This document shows, one piece after another, positions 1 through 8,160 of a stretch of DNA of 30,143 nt; positions within the stretch are counted from its first letter, which is position 1, and the number at the start of each line of letters is the position of its first letter. This DNA comes from Clostridia bacterium (GTDB lineage Bacteria; Bacillota; Clostridia; Monoglobales; Monoglobaceae). A program made the position numbers and the translations under genes. Below the pieces are notes generated by a model. It did no database searches. It had not been told where the DNA came from and worked only from the letters and a program-made list of their open reading frames with translations. Location of the stretch: NCBI GenBank assembly GCA_017409915.1, contig JAFQRU010000011.1:1-30143 (forward strand). The letters run 5' to 3'.

Positions 1-392
1 ATCATACCCTGGTCGCCGGCTCCAAGACCTTCCCCCTCGTTTTCGCCTTTGAATTCGTAGGCTTTGTCAACGCCCATAGCGATATCTCCGGACTGTTCAT
101 CAAGAGCAGTTATAACAGCGCAAGTGTCACAGTCAAAGCCATATTTTGCTCTGTCATATCCAATCTCGCGAACGGTTTCACGGACAAGCTTCTGAATGTC
201 AACATAGGCGCTTGTGGACACCTCGCCAACAACCATAACAAGCCCTGTTGTAACCGTAACCTCGCAGGCAACTCTCGCCATTGGATCTTCTTTATAAATC
301 GCATCAAGTATTGCATCGGAAATAATATCGCAGATTTTATCGGGATGCCCCTCTGTAACTGATTCCGAAGTAAATAGCTTCTTATATTCCAT
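1..392 (-). CDS. metK: S-adenosylmethionine synthetase, N-terminal part (runs off the window edge; absent from the ORF track)
   Basis: My manual translation from ATG at 392 gives [19 protein letters not shown]...GAGDQGM, containing the MetK signature motifs GHPDK and GAGDQG. Confidence 0.97.
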   Translation of the reverse strand, partial: MEYKKLFTSESVTEGHPDKICDIISDAILDAIYKEDPMARVACEVTVTTGLVMVVGEVSTSAYVDIQKLVRETVREIGYDRAKYGFDCDTCAVITALDEQSGDIAMGVDKAYEFKGENEGEGLGAGDQGM

Positions 393-395
393 TTT

Positions 396-1013
396 TTACG
401 CCTCCTCTACAGCTTTTCTGATATCAGCTTGAATTTCTTCAATACTTCTGTCTGCTGAAATAATCTTTATATTTTCGCTTTCTTTAAGCTTATCAAAAAC
501 ATCTAAAAAGTTTTGCCTTATCTTTTCCATTAAAGCCGTGCTCTTTTCATAGAGCTCTGCACTGCCACGGTTTGTGTCAATTCTTTCTTTGCAAGTTTTC
601 GGGTTAACATCAAGGAAAATGCAAAGGTCAGGCTTTATAATTTCAGGGCATTTAAGATTAATATCCATAACCCAGTTCATATCCGAAGCCGTCCCCTGAT
701 AAGCAAAAGACGAATAATAATATCTGTCGCAGATAACCATTTCATCGTCCTCTAAATGCTTTTTAATGCCGAGGGTTGGGTGGGTTATATGTTCAAGCCT
801 GTCCGCGAGGAAAAGCGCCGCTTGAAGATACATATCCCTGTCTAAGCTTTCGGAAAGTATACGTCTTATATACGCCCCGGTCTCATAGTTTTGAGGCTCA
901 GCAGTAAGATAAACCTTTTCGCCTTTTTGAGCAAGGTATTCAGAAAGCATTTTAAGCTGTGTGCTTTTTCCGCTTCCATCAAGACCTTCAATAACAATAA
1001 ATTTATTTCCCAT
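396..1013 (-). CDS. tmk: Thymidylate kinase
   Basis: P-loop IEGLDGSGKSTQ, TAEP and the DRYYYSS motif. The start is placed at MGNK (1013), after the SD-like GAGTGGTG. Confidence 0.93.
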   Translation of the reverse strand: MGNKFIVIEGLDGSGKSTQLKMLSEYLAQKGEKVYLTAEPQNYETGAYIRRILSESLDRDMYLQAALFLADRLEHITHPTLGIKKHLEDDEMVICDRYYYSSFAYQGTASDMNWVMDINLKCPEIIKPDLCIFLDVNPKTCKERIDTNRGSAELYEKSTALMEKIRQNFLDVFDKLKESENIKIISADRSIEEIQADIRKAVEEA

Positions 1014-1030
1014 AATATTCACCACTCTTT

Positions 1031-1059
1031 ATTATACATACTTTTTTGTCTAATTGCAA
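1031..1059 (-). promoter_or_regulatory. SigA-type promoter for tmk-metK
   Basis: TTGCAA-17 nt-TATAAT with an extended -10 TG. Confidence 0.7.
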
Positions 1060-1077
1060 GAGATTTTGCAATTTCTA

Positions 1078-1106
1078 TTGCTTTTAAGTCTAAATTATTA
1101 TATAAT
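1078..1106 (+). promoter_or_regulatory. SigA-type promoter for the 81-aa ORF
   Basis: TTGCTT-17 nt-TATAAT. Confidence 0.6.
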
Positions 1107-1139
1107 TATTTTATAACCACTTGAAAAAGAGGGATTTTT

Positions 1140-1385
1140 ATGAAGAAAAAGCCAAACGAGAGGGGTCTTTTTAACGAGAACCCTGATTTAATCGAAAAAT
1201 GCGAAACCTGTGCCTTTGCTATTTCTCTTGAATATAGCAAGGACTGTTTGTGTTCAAAATTCGGGGCGGTTAACCCTGAATATAAGTGCAAAAAATATAG
1301 GGTCAACCGTTTTTTAAAGCGTCCCCCTAAGAAGCGTGAGCTTAACTTATCAAAATTCAGCGCAGAAGATTTTTCAATAGAATAA
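1140..1385 (+). CDS. Small Cys-containing hypothetical protein, possibly Zn-binding
   Basis: SD GAGGG, a promoter upstream and a terminator directly downstream. Cys pattern CxxC-x11-CxC-x11-C. Confidence 0.8.
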   Translation: MKKKPNERGLFNENPDLIEKCETCAFAISLEYSKDCLCSKFGAVNPEYKCKKYRVNRFLKRPPKKRELNLSKFSAEDFSIE

Positions 1386-1386
1386 T

Positions 1387-1416
1387 AAAAGCGGAAGGCA
1401 ATGCCTTCCGCTTTTT
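1387..1416. terminator. Bidirectional intrinsic terminator
   Basis: AAAA-GCGGAAGGC-aat-GCCTTCCGC-TTTTT between convergent genes. Confidence 0.9.
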
Positions 1417-1585
1417 AATTTGTTTCAAGCTCAATTCCGTCAATTTTAAGTTCGCGATATCCCTTTTCCTCTTCTAAGCATTTCCCACAGCTATCGCAGA
1501 TTTTATTAGGGTCAAGGTCGCATTTGTCACACACCATACAACCTATGCAGTTTCTGTCATATAAAACACACTGTTTAGCAGGCAT
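1415..1585 (-). CDS. 56-aa Cys-rich protein with ferredoxin-like Cys spacing (not in the ORF track)
   Basis: MPAKQCVLYDRNCIGCMVCDKCDLDPNKICDSCGKCLEEEKGYRELKIDGIELETN. The ATG overlaps the ynbB stop (TAATG), SD AGGAGGGG lies upstream, and the ORF ends at the terminator. Confidence 0.85.
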   Translation of the reverse strand: MPAKQCVLYDRNCIGCMVCDKCDLDPNKICDSCGKCLEEEKGYRELKIDGIELETN

Positions 1586-2865
1586 TATTTATCCCCTCCT
1601 AAAACTTTTGATACAGCTTCCATAATTCCAAGCTTTGCCGCTTCATAAACTATTCCGCCCTGCATATAAACATTATACGGCTCACAAATAGGGGCGTCGG
1701 CACTAAGCTCAATGGATGCACCCTGAACAAATGCCCCTGCCGCCATAATAACCTCATCCTCATAGCCAGGCATTGCCCAAGGGAGAGGACTTACATGGCT
1801 GTCAATTGGAGAACCGCTCTGAATCCCCTGACAAAAAGCAATAACCTTTTCTGCATTGCCAAGGCGGATTGCCTGGATTATATCAGTTCTTATTTCGTTT
1901 GATTTCGGGCAGGTGTCATAGCCTAAATCTTCAAAAACCGTTGCACAGAGGATTGCAGTTTTAATGCTTTCCCCCACAATATGAGGAGCCATAAAAAGAC
2001 CCTGATATAAGCTTTTATTAAAGCCAAGACTTGCCCCAACATGCTTTCCAAGACCCGGGGCGGTTAATCTGTATCCGCAAAGCTCAACATATTTTTCTTT
2101 TCCCGCTATGTATCCACCGCTTTGAGCAAGGCTTCCTCCTGCATTTTTAATGAGTGAGCCTACAACCAAATCGGCACCAACCTCAGTTGGCTCTCTTTTT
2201 TCAACGAATTCGCCATAGCAGTTATCAACTATGCAAACTATGTTTTCATCTATTTCCTTAACGGTTTTGATTATCTTTCCAATCTCATTAACATCAAGAG
2301 AACTGCGCCAGTCATATCCTTTTGAGCGCTGGATTAAAACAGCCTTAACTTTTTTGCTCTTAAGCTTATTTTTAATTCCCTCATAGTCGACCGCTCCGTC
2401 TTTTAGGTCAACCTGGTCATATGAAACGCCAAAGTCACGGAGAGAACCTGTCCCCTCCTCGCCTCTTATGCCGATAACCTCTTCCATTGTGTCATAAGGA
2501 CTTCCAACCAAAGATACCAAAGTATCTCCCGGGCGAAGAACGGCATAAAGACAAGTCGCAATCGCCTGAGTTCCTGAAACAATATTATGGCGGACCATTG
2601 CGCTTTCCGCACCGAAAACATCCGCAAAAACCTCATCAAGAGTGTCGCGCCCCAAGTCGTCATATCCATAGCCTGATGTCTCCCCGAAATGAGCATATGA
2701 AATCTTATGCTTTCTGAATGCGTTTAAAACTTTAAGCTGATTAAACCCAGCGGTTTCCTCGACTGTTTTAAAGTATTCTCTCGCCCTTTCCTCAGCCTTT
2801 TGGGTAGCTTCCACCGCAAGAGAAGAAACGCCCATTTCCTTTGTTAAAAATTCCATTGTATCCAT
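1585..2865 (-). CDS. YnbB / aluminium-resistance family PLP-dependent enzyme (methionine gamma-lyase / cystathionine beta-lyase-like)
   Basis: GYGYDDLGRD, VSGTQAI, VDNCYGEFVE, GSLIKNAGG (PLP Lys) and GASIELSADAP motifs. Confidence 0.9.
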   Translation of the reverse strand: MDTMEFLTKEMGVSSLAVEATQKAEERAREYFKTVEETAGFNQLKVLNAFRKHKISYAHFGETSGYGYDDLGRDTLDEVFADVFGAESAMVRHNIVSGTQAIATCLYAVLRPGDTLVSLVGSPYDTMEEVIGIRGEEGTGSLRDFGVSYDQVDLKDGAVDYEGIKNKLKSKKVKAVLIQRSKGYDWRSSLDVNEIGKIIKTVKEIDENIVCIVDNCYGEFVEKREPTEVGADLVVGSLIKNAGGSLAQSGGYIAGKEKYVELCGYRLTAPGLGKHVGASLGFNKSLYQGLFMAPHIVGESIKTAILCATVFEDLGYDTCPKSNEIRTDIIQAIRLGNAEKVIAFCQGIQSGSPIDSHVSPLPWAMPGYEDEVIMAAGAFVQGASIELSADAPICEPYNVYMQGGIVYEAAKLGIMEAVSKVLGGDK

Positions 2866-2866
2866 T

Positions 2867-3775
2867 TTAGTTCACCTTGTTTATATAGTTTAAAATAAGC
2901 TCTGCAGCAGATTTTATATCCGCTTTCGCTATTCCCTCATAAGCCTTTCCTTTGTCTCGAACGCCGATGCAGACGCCACCTGTCAAAGCTCCTTTTCCGC
3001 AAATCAAGGGAAGGTCAAGGAAGAGATTATCCTCGGTCGCTCCCACTTGCACCTTTTCTCCACCGGCCTTTATAAGCGCTTTTCTCACTTTCTCTGTGGG
3101 GACTGCGCCTTTTTCTTTTATAATAACAACTGCCCCCTCTGTGCACTTAACCTCATCTTTTTCAGGAATGGTGTTTATAGAGATAACAGTGTCCGCTTCA
3201 TATCCGCCAAGTAGAGCCTTTAAGCCTCTTCCTGCAAATTTTTTCTGAGTGGTAAATAAAAAGGCTGTGTCATCTGCATTTTTCATAACTTCAAGAGCAG
3301 TTATAATGGGGGCATAAACGGAAATTCCGTTTCCAAAAATAAACTTTTCATTTTCGGTTATATCCGCGCAAAGAGTTGCAAATTCCCCCATTGGAACCTT
3401 TTCTTTTGTTCCCTCTTTGTCTGTTTCGCCGATGTCAATGTTTAAGTCGCTGTCCTCAATATTTTCGGTTTTATCGCATCTTACAACGCCAACTACTCCG
3501 TTTAGAAATTTAACCTTTTTCCCAACGAGAGAGGAAACCTCTTTTGAAGAAGGAACACTAACCTTTATCATTCCGCTATCCGTCTCGCCGATTTTCATTA
3601 AGGCTACAGAATCAACGCCACATTCAACGGCTATCTTCCCGTCTCCTTTTTCGCATATAAGATTGCCGAAAACATCGGTATTGCACTTATATCCCTGACT
3701 CTCGCCGAAAGCTTTTATATAGGAAATCATATTTTCTTCTCGTCCGCTTGGGGACAGAATTTCAAATATCTCCAT
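2867..3775 (-). CDS. Degenerate M42 (TET) aminopeptidase-like protein lacking metal ligands
   Basis: M42-like N-terminus (SPSGREE...DVFGNLI) and IDIG motif, third in a tandem array. The HxD, D, EE and H ligand positions appear replaced (ECGVD, TQKK). Confidence 0.75.
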   Translation of the reverse strand: MEIFEILSPSGREENMISYIKAFGESQGYKCNTDVFGNLICEKGDGKIAVECGVDSVALMKIGETDSGMIKVSVPSSKEVSSLVGKKVKFLNGVVGVVRCDKTENIEDSDLNIDIGETDKEGTKEKVPMGEFATLCADITENEKFIFGNGISVYAPIITALEVMKNADDTAFLFTTQKKFAGRGLKALLGGYEADTVISINTIPEKDEVKCTEGAVVIIKEKGAVPTEKVRKALIKAGGEKVQVGATEDNLFLDLPLICGKGALTGGVCIGVRDKGKAYEGIAKADIKSAAELILNYINKVN

Positions 3776-4777
3776 TTATATTTCCTCCGCATTTTCAATA
3801 ATCTTTTCTATAAGTTCCTTGCAGGATAAATAATCATTCTTATTCATTGCCGATACGCCGGAGTGAATATATTTACAAGGAACGCTTAAACTTGCGGTTT
3901 TGATTCCGCCCTCTGATATAGAAATTGCTCCTGCATCATTCCCGCCTTTTACCGACGCTTTATACTGCCAGTTTATCTTATTTTCATCTGCAATAGCGGT
4001 AATCTTTGATACCAGGTCACGATTAGCAACGCTTCCCATATCCATAATGGAAACCGCAACTCCACCGTCAAAATTGGTAACTCTTTTCTCCTCAGGAATT
4101 CCCGGCATATTGTTACAACTTGTCCCCTCAACAACGATTGCAAAATCGGGTTTTAATCCATAAACCGCCGCCTTTGCACCTCGAAGCCCAACCTCTTCCT
4201 GAGTTACGAAAGTGCAGATAAGATTTGCATCCCACTCTTTTTTAAGGGCGTCTATAAGCACGGCGCAACCCACTCTGTCATCAAGGGCCTTTGCCTTTAT
4301 CATATCCCTCTGGGAGAGATATTCGCTGTCAAATGCGAAATAGTCCCCAACGGAAACTACTTTCTCCGCTTCTTCTTTGCTTTTTGCCCCGATATCAATA
4401 AAAAGGTCGCTTTCGGAAAATGCCTTTTCCCTTTCTTCCTTTGTAAGAAGATGGACCGCTTTAAGAGAGATTATGCCTTTTAAATCTCCTTTTCTTACCA
4501 TCTGGGAAAGGAGAATTTTAGAGTCCACCCCTCCCACAGTTTCAAACTTTAAAAAGCCATCGTCGGTTATTTTTGTTATGATAAATCCAACCTCGTCCAT
4601 ATGGGCAGAAAGAAGAACGGTTTTTCCGCCTTTTCTTCCCTTTTTAAAGCAAATAAGGTTTCCCATACTGTCAATTTTTGTCTCACTGCAAAAAGAGGAA
4701 ACTTCGGCAAAAATTATATCTCGAACAGCTTTTTCGTTCCCCGAAACGCCGTCTGTTTCGGTTAAAATTCTAAGCAT
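3776..4777 (-). CDS. M42 family metallo-aminopeptidase
   Basis: AHMDEVG, KALDDRVG, TQEEVG, VEGT and YIHS motifs. Confidence 0.93.
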   Translation of the reverse strand: MLRILTETDGVSGNEKAVRDIIFAEVSSFCSETKIDSMGNLICFKKGRKGGKTVLLSAHMDEVGFIITKITDDGFLKFETVGGVDSKILLSQMVRKGDLKGIISLKAVHLLTKEEREKAFSESDLFIDIGAKSKEEAEKVVSVGDYFAFDSEYLSQRDMIKAKALDDRVGCAVLIDALKKEWDANLICTFVTQEEVGLRGAKAAVYGLKPDFAIVVEGTSCNNMPGIPEEKRVTNFDGGVAVSIMDMGSVANRDLVSKITAIADENKINWQYKASVKGGNDAGAISISEGGIKTASLSVPCKYIHSGVSAMNKNDYLSCKELIEKIIENAEEI

Positions 4778-5795
4778 CAATTTCCACCTCCATAATCTCT
4801 TTTATAAGGGCAGAAACCGCCTCAATATCAGCAATATCAAGGGTTTCAACCGAGGTGTGCATATATTTGACAGGAATTGAAATAAGAGCCGTTTTTGCTC
4901 CCCCGAAACTGTTCTGAATCGCCCAGGCATCAGTTCCGCTGTTTTCTGACGCTACCTCAATTTCATATTTTATATTCTTCTCTTTTGCGATTGCAATTAT
5001 ATTATCCGCAAAACCACTGTCAAAATTCGGGCCCCTCCCGATAACCGCTCCGCATCCCGTTTTGAAAACCCCTGTCTCGTCCTTGGTATCAGGGGTCATT
5101 CCGTGGGTAACATCTATAACCACCGCTAAATCCGGGCGGATTTCCTCCGCTAAGGTATAAGCACCGTGGAGACCCAATTCCTCTTCCGAGGCAAAGGCGA
5201 AATACAAGTCATAAGGAGATGAAGAAACATTCTCTATGGCCTTTAAAATTGCTGTAACACCTGCACGGTTGTCCATAGCAGATGAGCAATATTCTTCCCC
5301 CAGAAGCTTTGTTAATTTACTTTTAAATACAATACTGTCTCCAATGGATACCTTTTCTTTAAGTTCTTCTTCGCTAAGTCCTGTGTCAATAAGCATATCG
5401 GTTGGTTTGGGCATTTTATCCTTGTCATCGCTTCCGCTAAGATGCGGTGGCTTTGCACCGATTATTCCATAGACTTTTTCGCTTCCTAAAATAATAACCT
5501 CAGAGCCTGAAAGAATACGGCTGTCCACTCCCCCAACGGGAACAAAACTTAAAAAACCGTCTCCTTTGAATTTTGAAACCATAAGGCCAATCTGGTCAAG
5601 ATGAGCCTCAATCATAAGCTTTCTGGCATTTTCATTTCCGCTTTTCTTAAAACCGATTACGCTCTTAAACCTATTCTCATATACTTTATCGCAAAAGGGC
5701 GAAAGGAGTTTTTTCGCAGCATCTGCAATATTCCCCTCAAAACCGCTTACGCCTTTTTCATCAGTCAAAGCTTTTAAAATTTCATAAGTTTCCAT
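4770..5795 (-). CDS. M42 family metallo-aminopeptidase
   Basis: AHLDQIG, MDNRAG, SEEELG, IDVT and YMHT motifs. Confidence 0.93.
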   Translation of the reverse strand: METYEILKALTDEKGVSGFEGNIADAAKKLLSPFCDKVYENRFKSVIGFKKSGNENARKLMIEAHLDQIGLMVSKFKGDGFLSFVPVGGVDSRILSGSEVIILGSEKVYGIIGAKPPHLSGSDDKDKMPKPTDMLIDTGLSEEELKEKVSIGDSIVFKSKLTKLLGEEYCSSAMDNRAGVTAILKAIENVSSSPYDLYFAFASEEELGLHGAYTLAEEIRPDLAVVIDVTHGMTPDTKDETGVFKTGCGAVIGRGPNFDSGFADNIIAIAKEKNIKYEIEVASENSGTDAWAIQNSFGGAKTALISIPVKYMHTSVETLDIADIEAVSALIKEIMEVEIDA

Positions 5796-5841
5796 TTTCT
5801 TCCCAGCCTTAGCACAATTTATTTTATTATGCCCGTTTTCT

Positions 5842-6282
5842 TTATTTTATAAATTTCTGGCTCTCCATAACTGCCAGTTTGTCGCATCTTTCATTCTCGC
5901 TGTGTCCGTCATGGCCTTTAACCCAAACGAGATTAACCTGGTGCTTTTCTAAAAGGGTTAGAAGCTCTTCCCAAAGGTCAGGGTTAAGCGCCTTGTCCTT
6001 TTTATTTCGCATCCAGCCGTTTTCTTTCCATTTATAAACCCAGCCCTCTTTAATTGCGTCAATCAGATATTTTGAATCGCTGTATAAAGTAACCTCACAA
6101 GGTTCTTTCAAAGTGGAAAGGCCGACGATTGCCGCCGTAAGCTCCATTCGGTTATTGGTTGTGCACTCCTCGCCCCCTGAGAGCTCTTTTTCGTGCTCTC
6201 CATAGCGGAGAATAACCCCATAGCCGCCGGGGCCTGGGTTTCCGCTGCACGCTCCATCTGTATATATCTCAACTTTTTTCAT
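5842..6282 (-). CDS. rnhA: Ribonuclease HI
   Basis: [27 protein letters not shown] and WVKGH...NERCD. The start MKKV follows SD GGAGG. Confidence 0.97.
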   Translation of the reverse strand: MKKVEIYTDGACSGNPGPGGYGVILRYGEHEKELSGGEECTTNNRMELTAAIVGLSTLKEPCEVTLYSDSKYLIDAIKEGWVYKWKENGWMRNKKDKALNPDLWEELLTLLEKHQVNLVWVKGHDGHSENERCDKLAVMESQKFIK

Positions 6283-6299
6283 TTTTACATCCTCCAAAA

Positions 6300-6330
6300 A
6301 TATATGGGAGTAAAATATACTCCCATATAT
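6300..6330 (-). terminator. Putative sigK terminator overlapping the rnhA promoter
   Basis: 13-bp perfect stem ATATATGGGAGTA/TACTCCCATATAT with a 5-nt loop, followed by TTTTT on the minus strand. Confidence 0.7.
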
Positions 6331-6357
6331 TATAACATTTTTCCTTACCTATGTCTA
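6329..6357 (-). promoter_or_regulatory. SigA-type promoter for the rnhA-M42 operon
   Basis: TAGACA-17 nt-TATAAT with an extended -10 TG. Confidence 0.7.
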
Positions 6358-6372
6358 TAAAAATATGTAAAA

Positions 6373-7056
6373 TTATTCTATCCCCCGTCTCAGCTTTCCT
6401 ACCGCCTTTTTCTCAATTCTTGAAACATAAGAGCGGGAAATCCCCAGACTGTCTGCGATTTCGTGCTGGGTATGATTTTTCCCGTCAAGGAGGCCATAGC
6501 GGAGATTTATTATCAGCCTCTCCCTTTCCGTAAGCTCAGTTTTAATATTTTTATAAAGCTGTTTTATATGTGCTCTTTGCTGTATCTCATCAAAGACCTC
6601 GCCCCCGTCGCTTTTCAGAACATCAATTAAGTATATCTGGTTTCCCTCTTTGTCAGTCCCGATTGGGTCATTTAAGGAAACCTCGCTCTGAGTTTTCTTT
6701 TTGTTTCGCATAAGCATCAGGATTTCGTTCTCGATGCATCTTGCGGCATAGGTTGCAAGTCTTACTCCTTTTGATGAATCAAAGCTTGTTATCCCCTTAA
6801 TAAGACCGATTGTCCCGATTGATATAAGGTCTTCACTGTCTGTTACCGCTCCTGAATATTTCTTTGAGATATGGGCAACAAGCCTTAAATTATGTTCAAT
6901 AAGCTTATCTCTTGCCTCCTTATCCCCCGCTTTCATCTTTTCAAGATATTCTCTCTCCTCTTTGGCGCTTAGGGGACGGGGAAAGGAATTTGCCCCCTGA
7001 ATAAAGGAGAGAAGCATCATCAGCGGTCTAAATAAAGCTTCTATTGCTTCAAACAC
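6373..7056 (-). CDS. sigK: Sporulation sigma factor K (pro-SigK), uninterrupted
   Basis: Hydrophobic pro-sequence followed by SFPRPLS, LIEHNLRLVAHI, EDLISIGTIGLIKG, RLATYAARCIENEILM and GISRSYVSRIEKKA. The GTG start at 7056 follows GGAGGTG. Confidence 0.93.
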   Translation of the reverse strand: MFEAIEALFRPLMMLLSFIQGANSFPRPLSAKEEREYLEKMKAGDKEARDKLIEHNLRLVAHISKKYSGAVTDSEDLISIGTIGLIKGITSFDSSKGVRLATYAARCIENEILMLMRNKKKTQSEVSLNDPIGTDKEGNQIYLIDVLKSDGGEVFDEIQQRAHIKQLYKNIKTELTERERLIINLRYGLLDGKNHTQHEIADSLGISRSYVSRIEKKAVGKLRRGIE

Positions 7057-7095
7057 AAAAGACACCTCCATATTTTATATATGCAGGTGTCTTTT
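7057..7095 (-). promoter_or_regulatory. Hairpin sequestering the sigK Shine-Dalgarno
   Basis: AAAAGACACCT/AGGTGTCTTTT 11-bp arms plus a 5-bp inner stem. The 3' arm contains the SD and ends at the GTG. Confidence 0.65.
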
Positions 7096-7114
7096 TAATT
7101 TTGCAAGTCCTATT

Positions 7115-7312
7115 TTATTTGTTCCAAAGTTCATCAGCGAGCTTTTCAATTCTCTCGCCCCGCAGCTTTGTTTCTTCCTCATCTTTTGAGATACTGAAAA
7201 CATCCCCCTCTTTGCAAGGAGTCAAAAGGCTAAGAGGAATGTCAAACTTTCTTTTATCCTCAGTTATAACAACTGCAATGCTTTTTTCTATTCTGTCAAC
7301 CGTGAATTTCAT
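7115..7312 (-). CDS. DUF3006-like small protein
   Basis: N-terminus TVDRIEKSIAV and the later motif LLTPCKEGDV. ATGA overlap with the upstream MBL-fold gene, a gene pair I recognise. Confidence 0.75.
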   Translation of the reverse strand: MKFTVDRIEKSIAVVITEDKRKFDIPLSLLTPCKEGDVFSISKDEEETKLRGERIEKLADELWNK

Positions 7313-8160
7313 TCCCTCTCCCCCTTTACCGTTACTTTTAAGCCGTCGCTTGTTGCAATAACGCTTCCGTTTTTGTCCGTTCTAAAAATCGCTATGTTTC
7401 GTTTTTTATACGCATCAAGCGTAGCATCGTGCGGATGGCCGTATTGATTGCCCTCCCCTACGGAAATAACCGCAACCCCTGGGGATGTCCTATCCAAAAA
7501 GGCCTCGCTGAGAGAAGAGAGCGCTCCGTGATGAGGCACTTTCAAAACATCTATATCTTTTGCATAAATCCCGTCTAAAATCTCTGCCTCCGCATCCCCT
7601 GTAAGCAAAAACGCCGTGTCGCCATATACGATTTTCAAAACCACGCTGTAATTATTAAGATTGTCATATTTCCTGTCTTTTGGAGATAAAATCTCAACCA
7701 AAAGACTGTCGCTTTCATATATAATATCCCCTGCATAAACAGGGTTTATCGTAAGTCCCTTTTCTTTTATGGAAAGGAGCAAGTCCTCAAAGATCGCCGT
7801 GTTATGCGTAACCTTTGGCATATAAACATTGCCGATTTCCATATTTCTAACTACCGTAGCGAGTCCGCCGATATGGTCGGAATGAGGATGAGTTCCAACT
7901 AAAAAATCAATCTTTTCCACCTCACTCTTTTCAAGGTAGGAAAGCGTATCCTCGCCTTCCTCCCCCGCGTCAACAAGCATAGTCTTCCCGTCTGGAAATT
8001 CAATAAACGCCGAATCTCCTTCTCCCACATCAATAAAATGCACCCGCATTTCATCTCTCTGCTTTGGCTGAATATTCTCTTTGCCTGCGTTATGGATAAA
8101 GGACGCTATAAAAATTATAACTGCAAGAATGAAATATTTATTCTTTAAAAGCCTTTTCAA
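7309..8160 (-). CDS. Membrane-anchored/secreted ComEC-like MBL-fold metallohydrolase
   Basis: HFIDVGEGDS, THPHSDHIGG, NNYSVV, LLTGD, KVPHHG and YGHPH motifs, plus an N-terminal hydrophobic segment. Confidence 0.9.
   Translation of the reverse strand: MKRLLKNKYFILAVIIFIASFIHNAGKENIQPKQRDEMRVHFIDVGEGDSAFIEFPDGKTMLVDAGEEGEDTLSYLEKSEVEKIDFLVGTHPHSDHIGGLATVVRNMEIGNVYMPKVTHNTAIFEDLLLSIKEKGLTINPVYAGDIIYESDSLLVEILSPKDRKYDNLNNYSVVLKIVYGDTAFLLTGDAEAEILDGIYAKDIDVLKVPHHGALSSLSEAFLDRTSPGVAVISVGEGNQYGHPHDATLDAYKKRNIAIFRTDKNGSVIATSDGLKVTVKGERE

Noticed and set aside
6373-7056. skin-like element in sigK
   Set aside because: The reading frame is continuous and full length, with no recombinase nearby.
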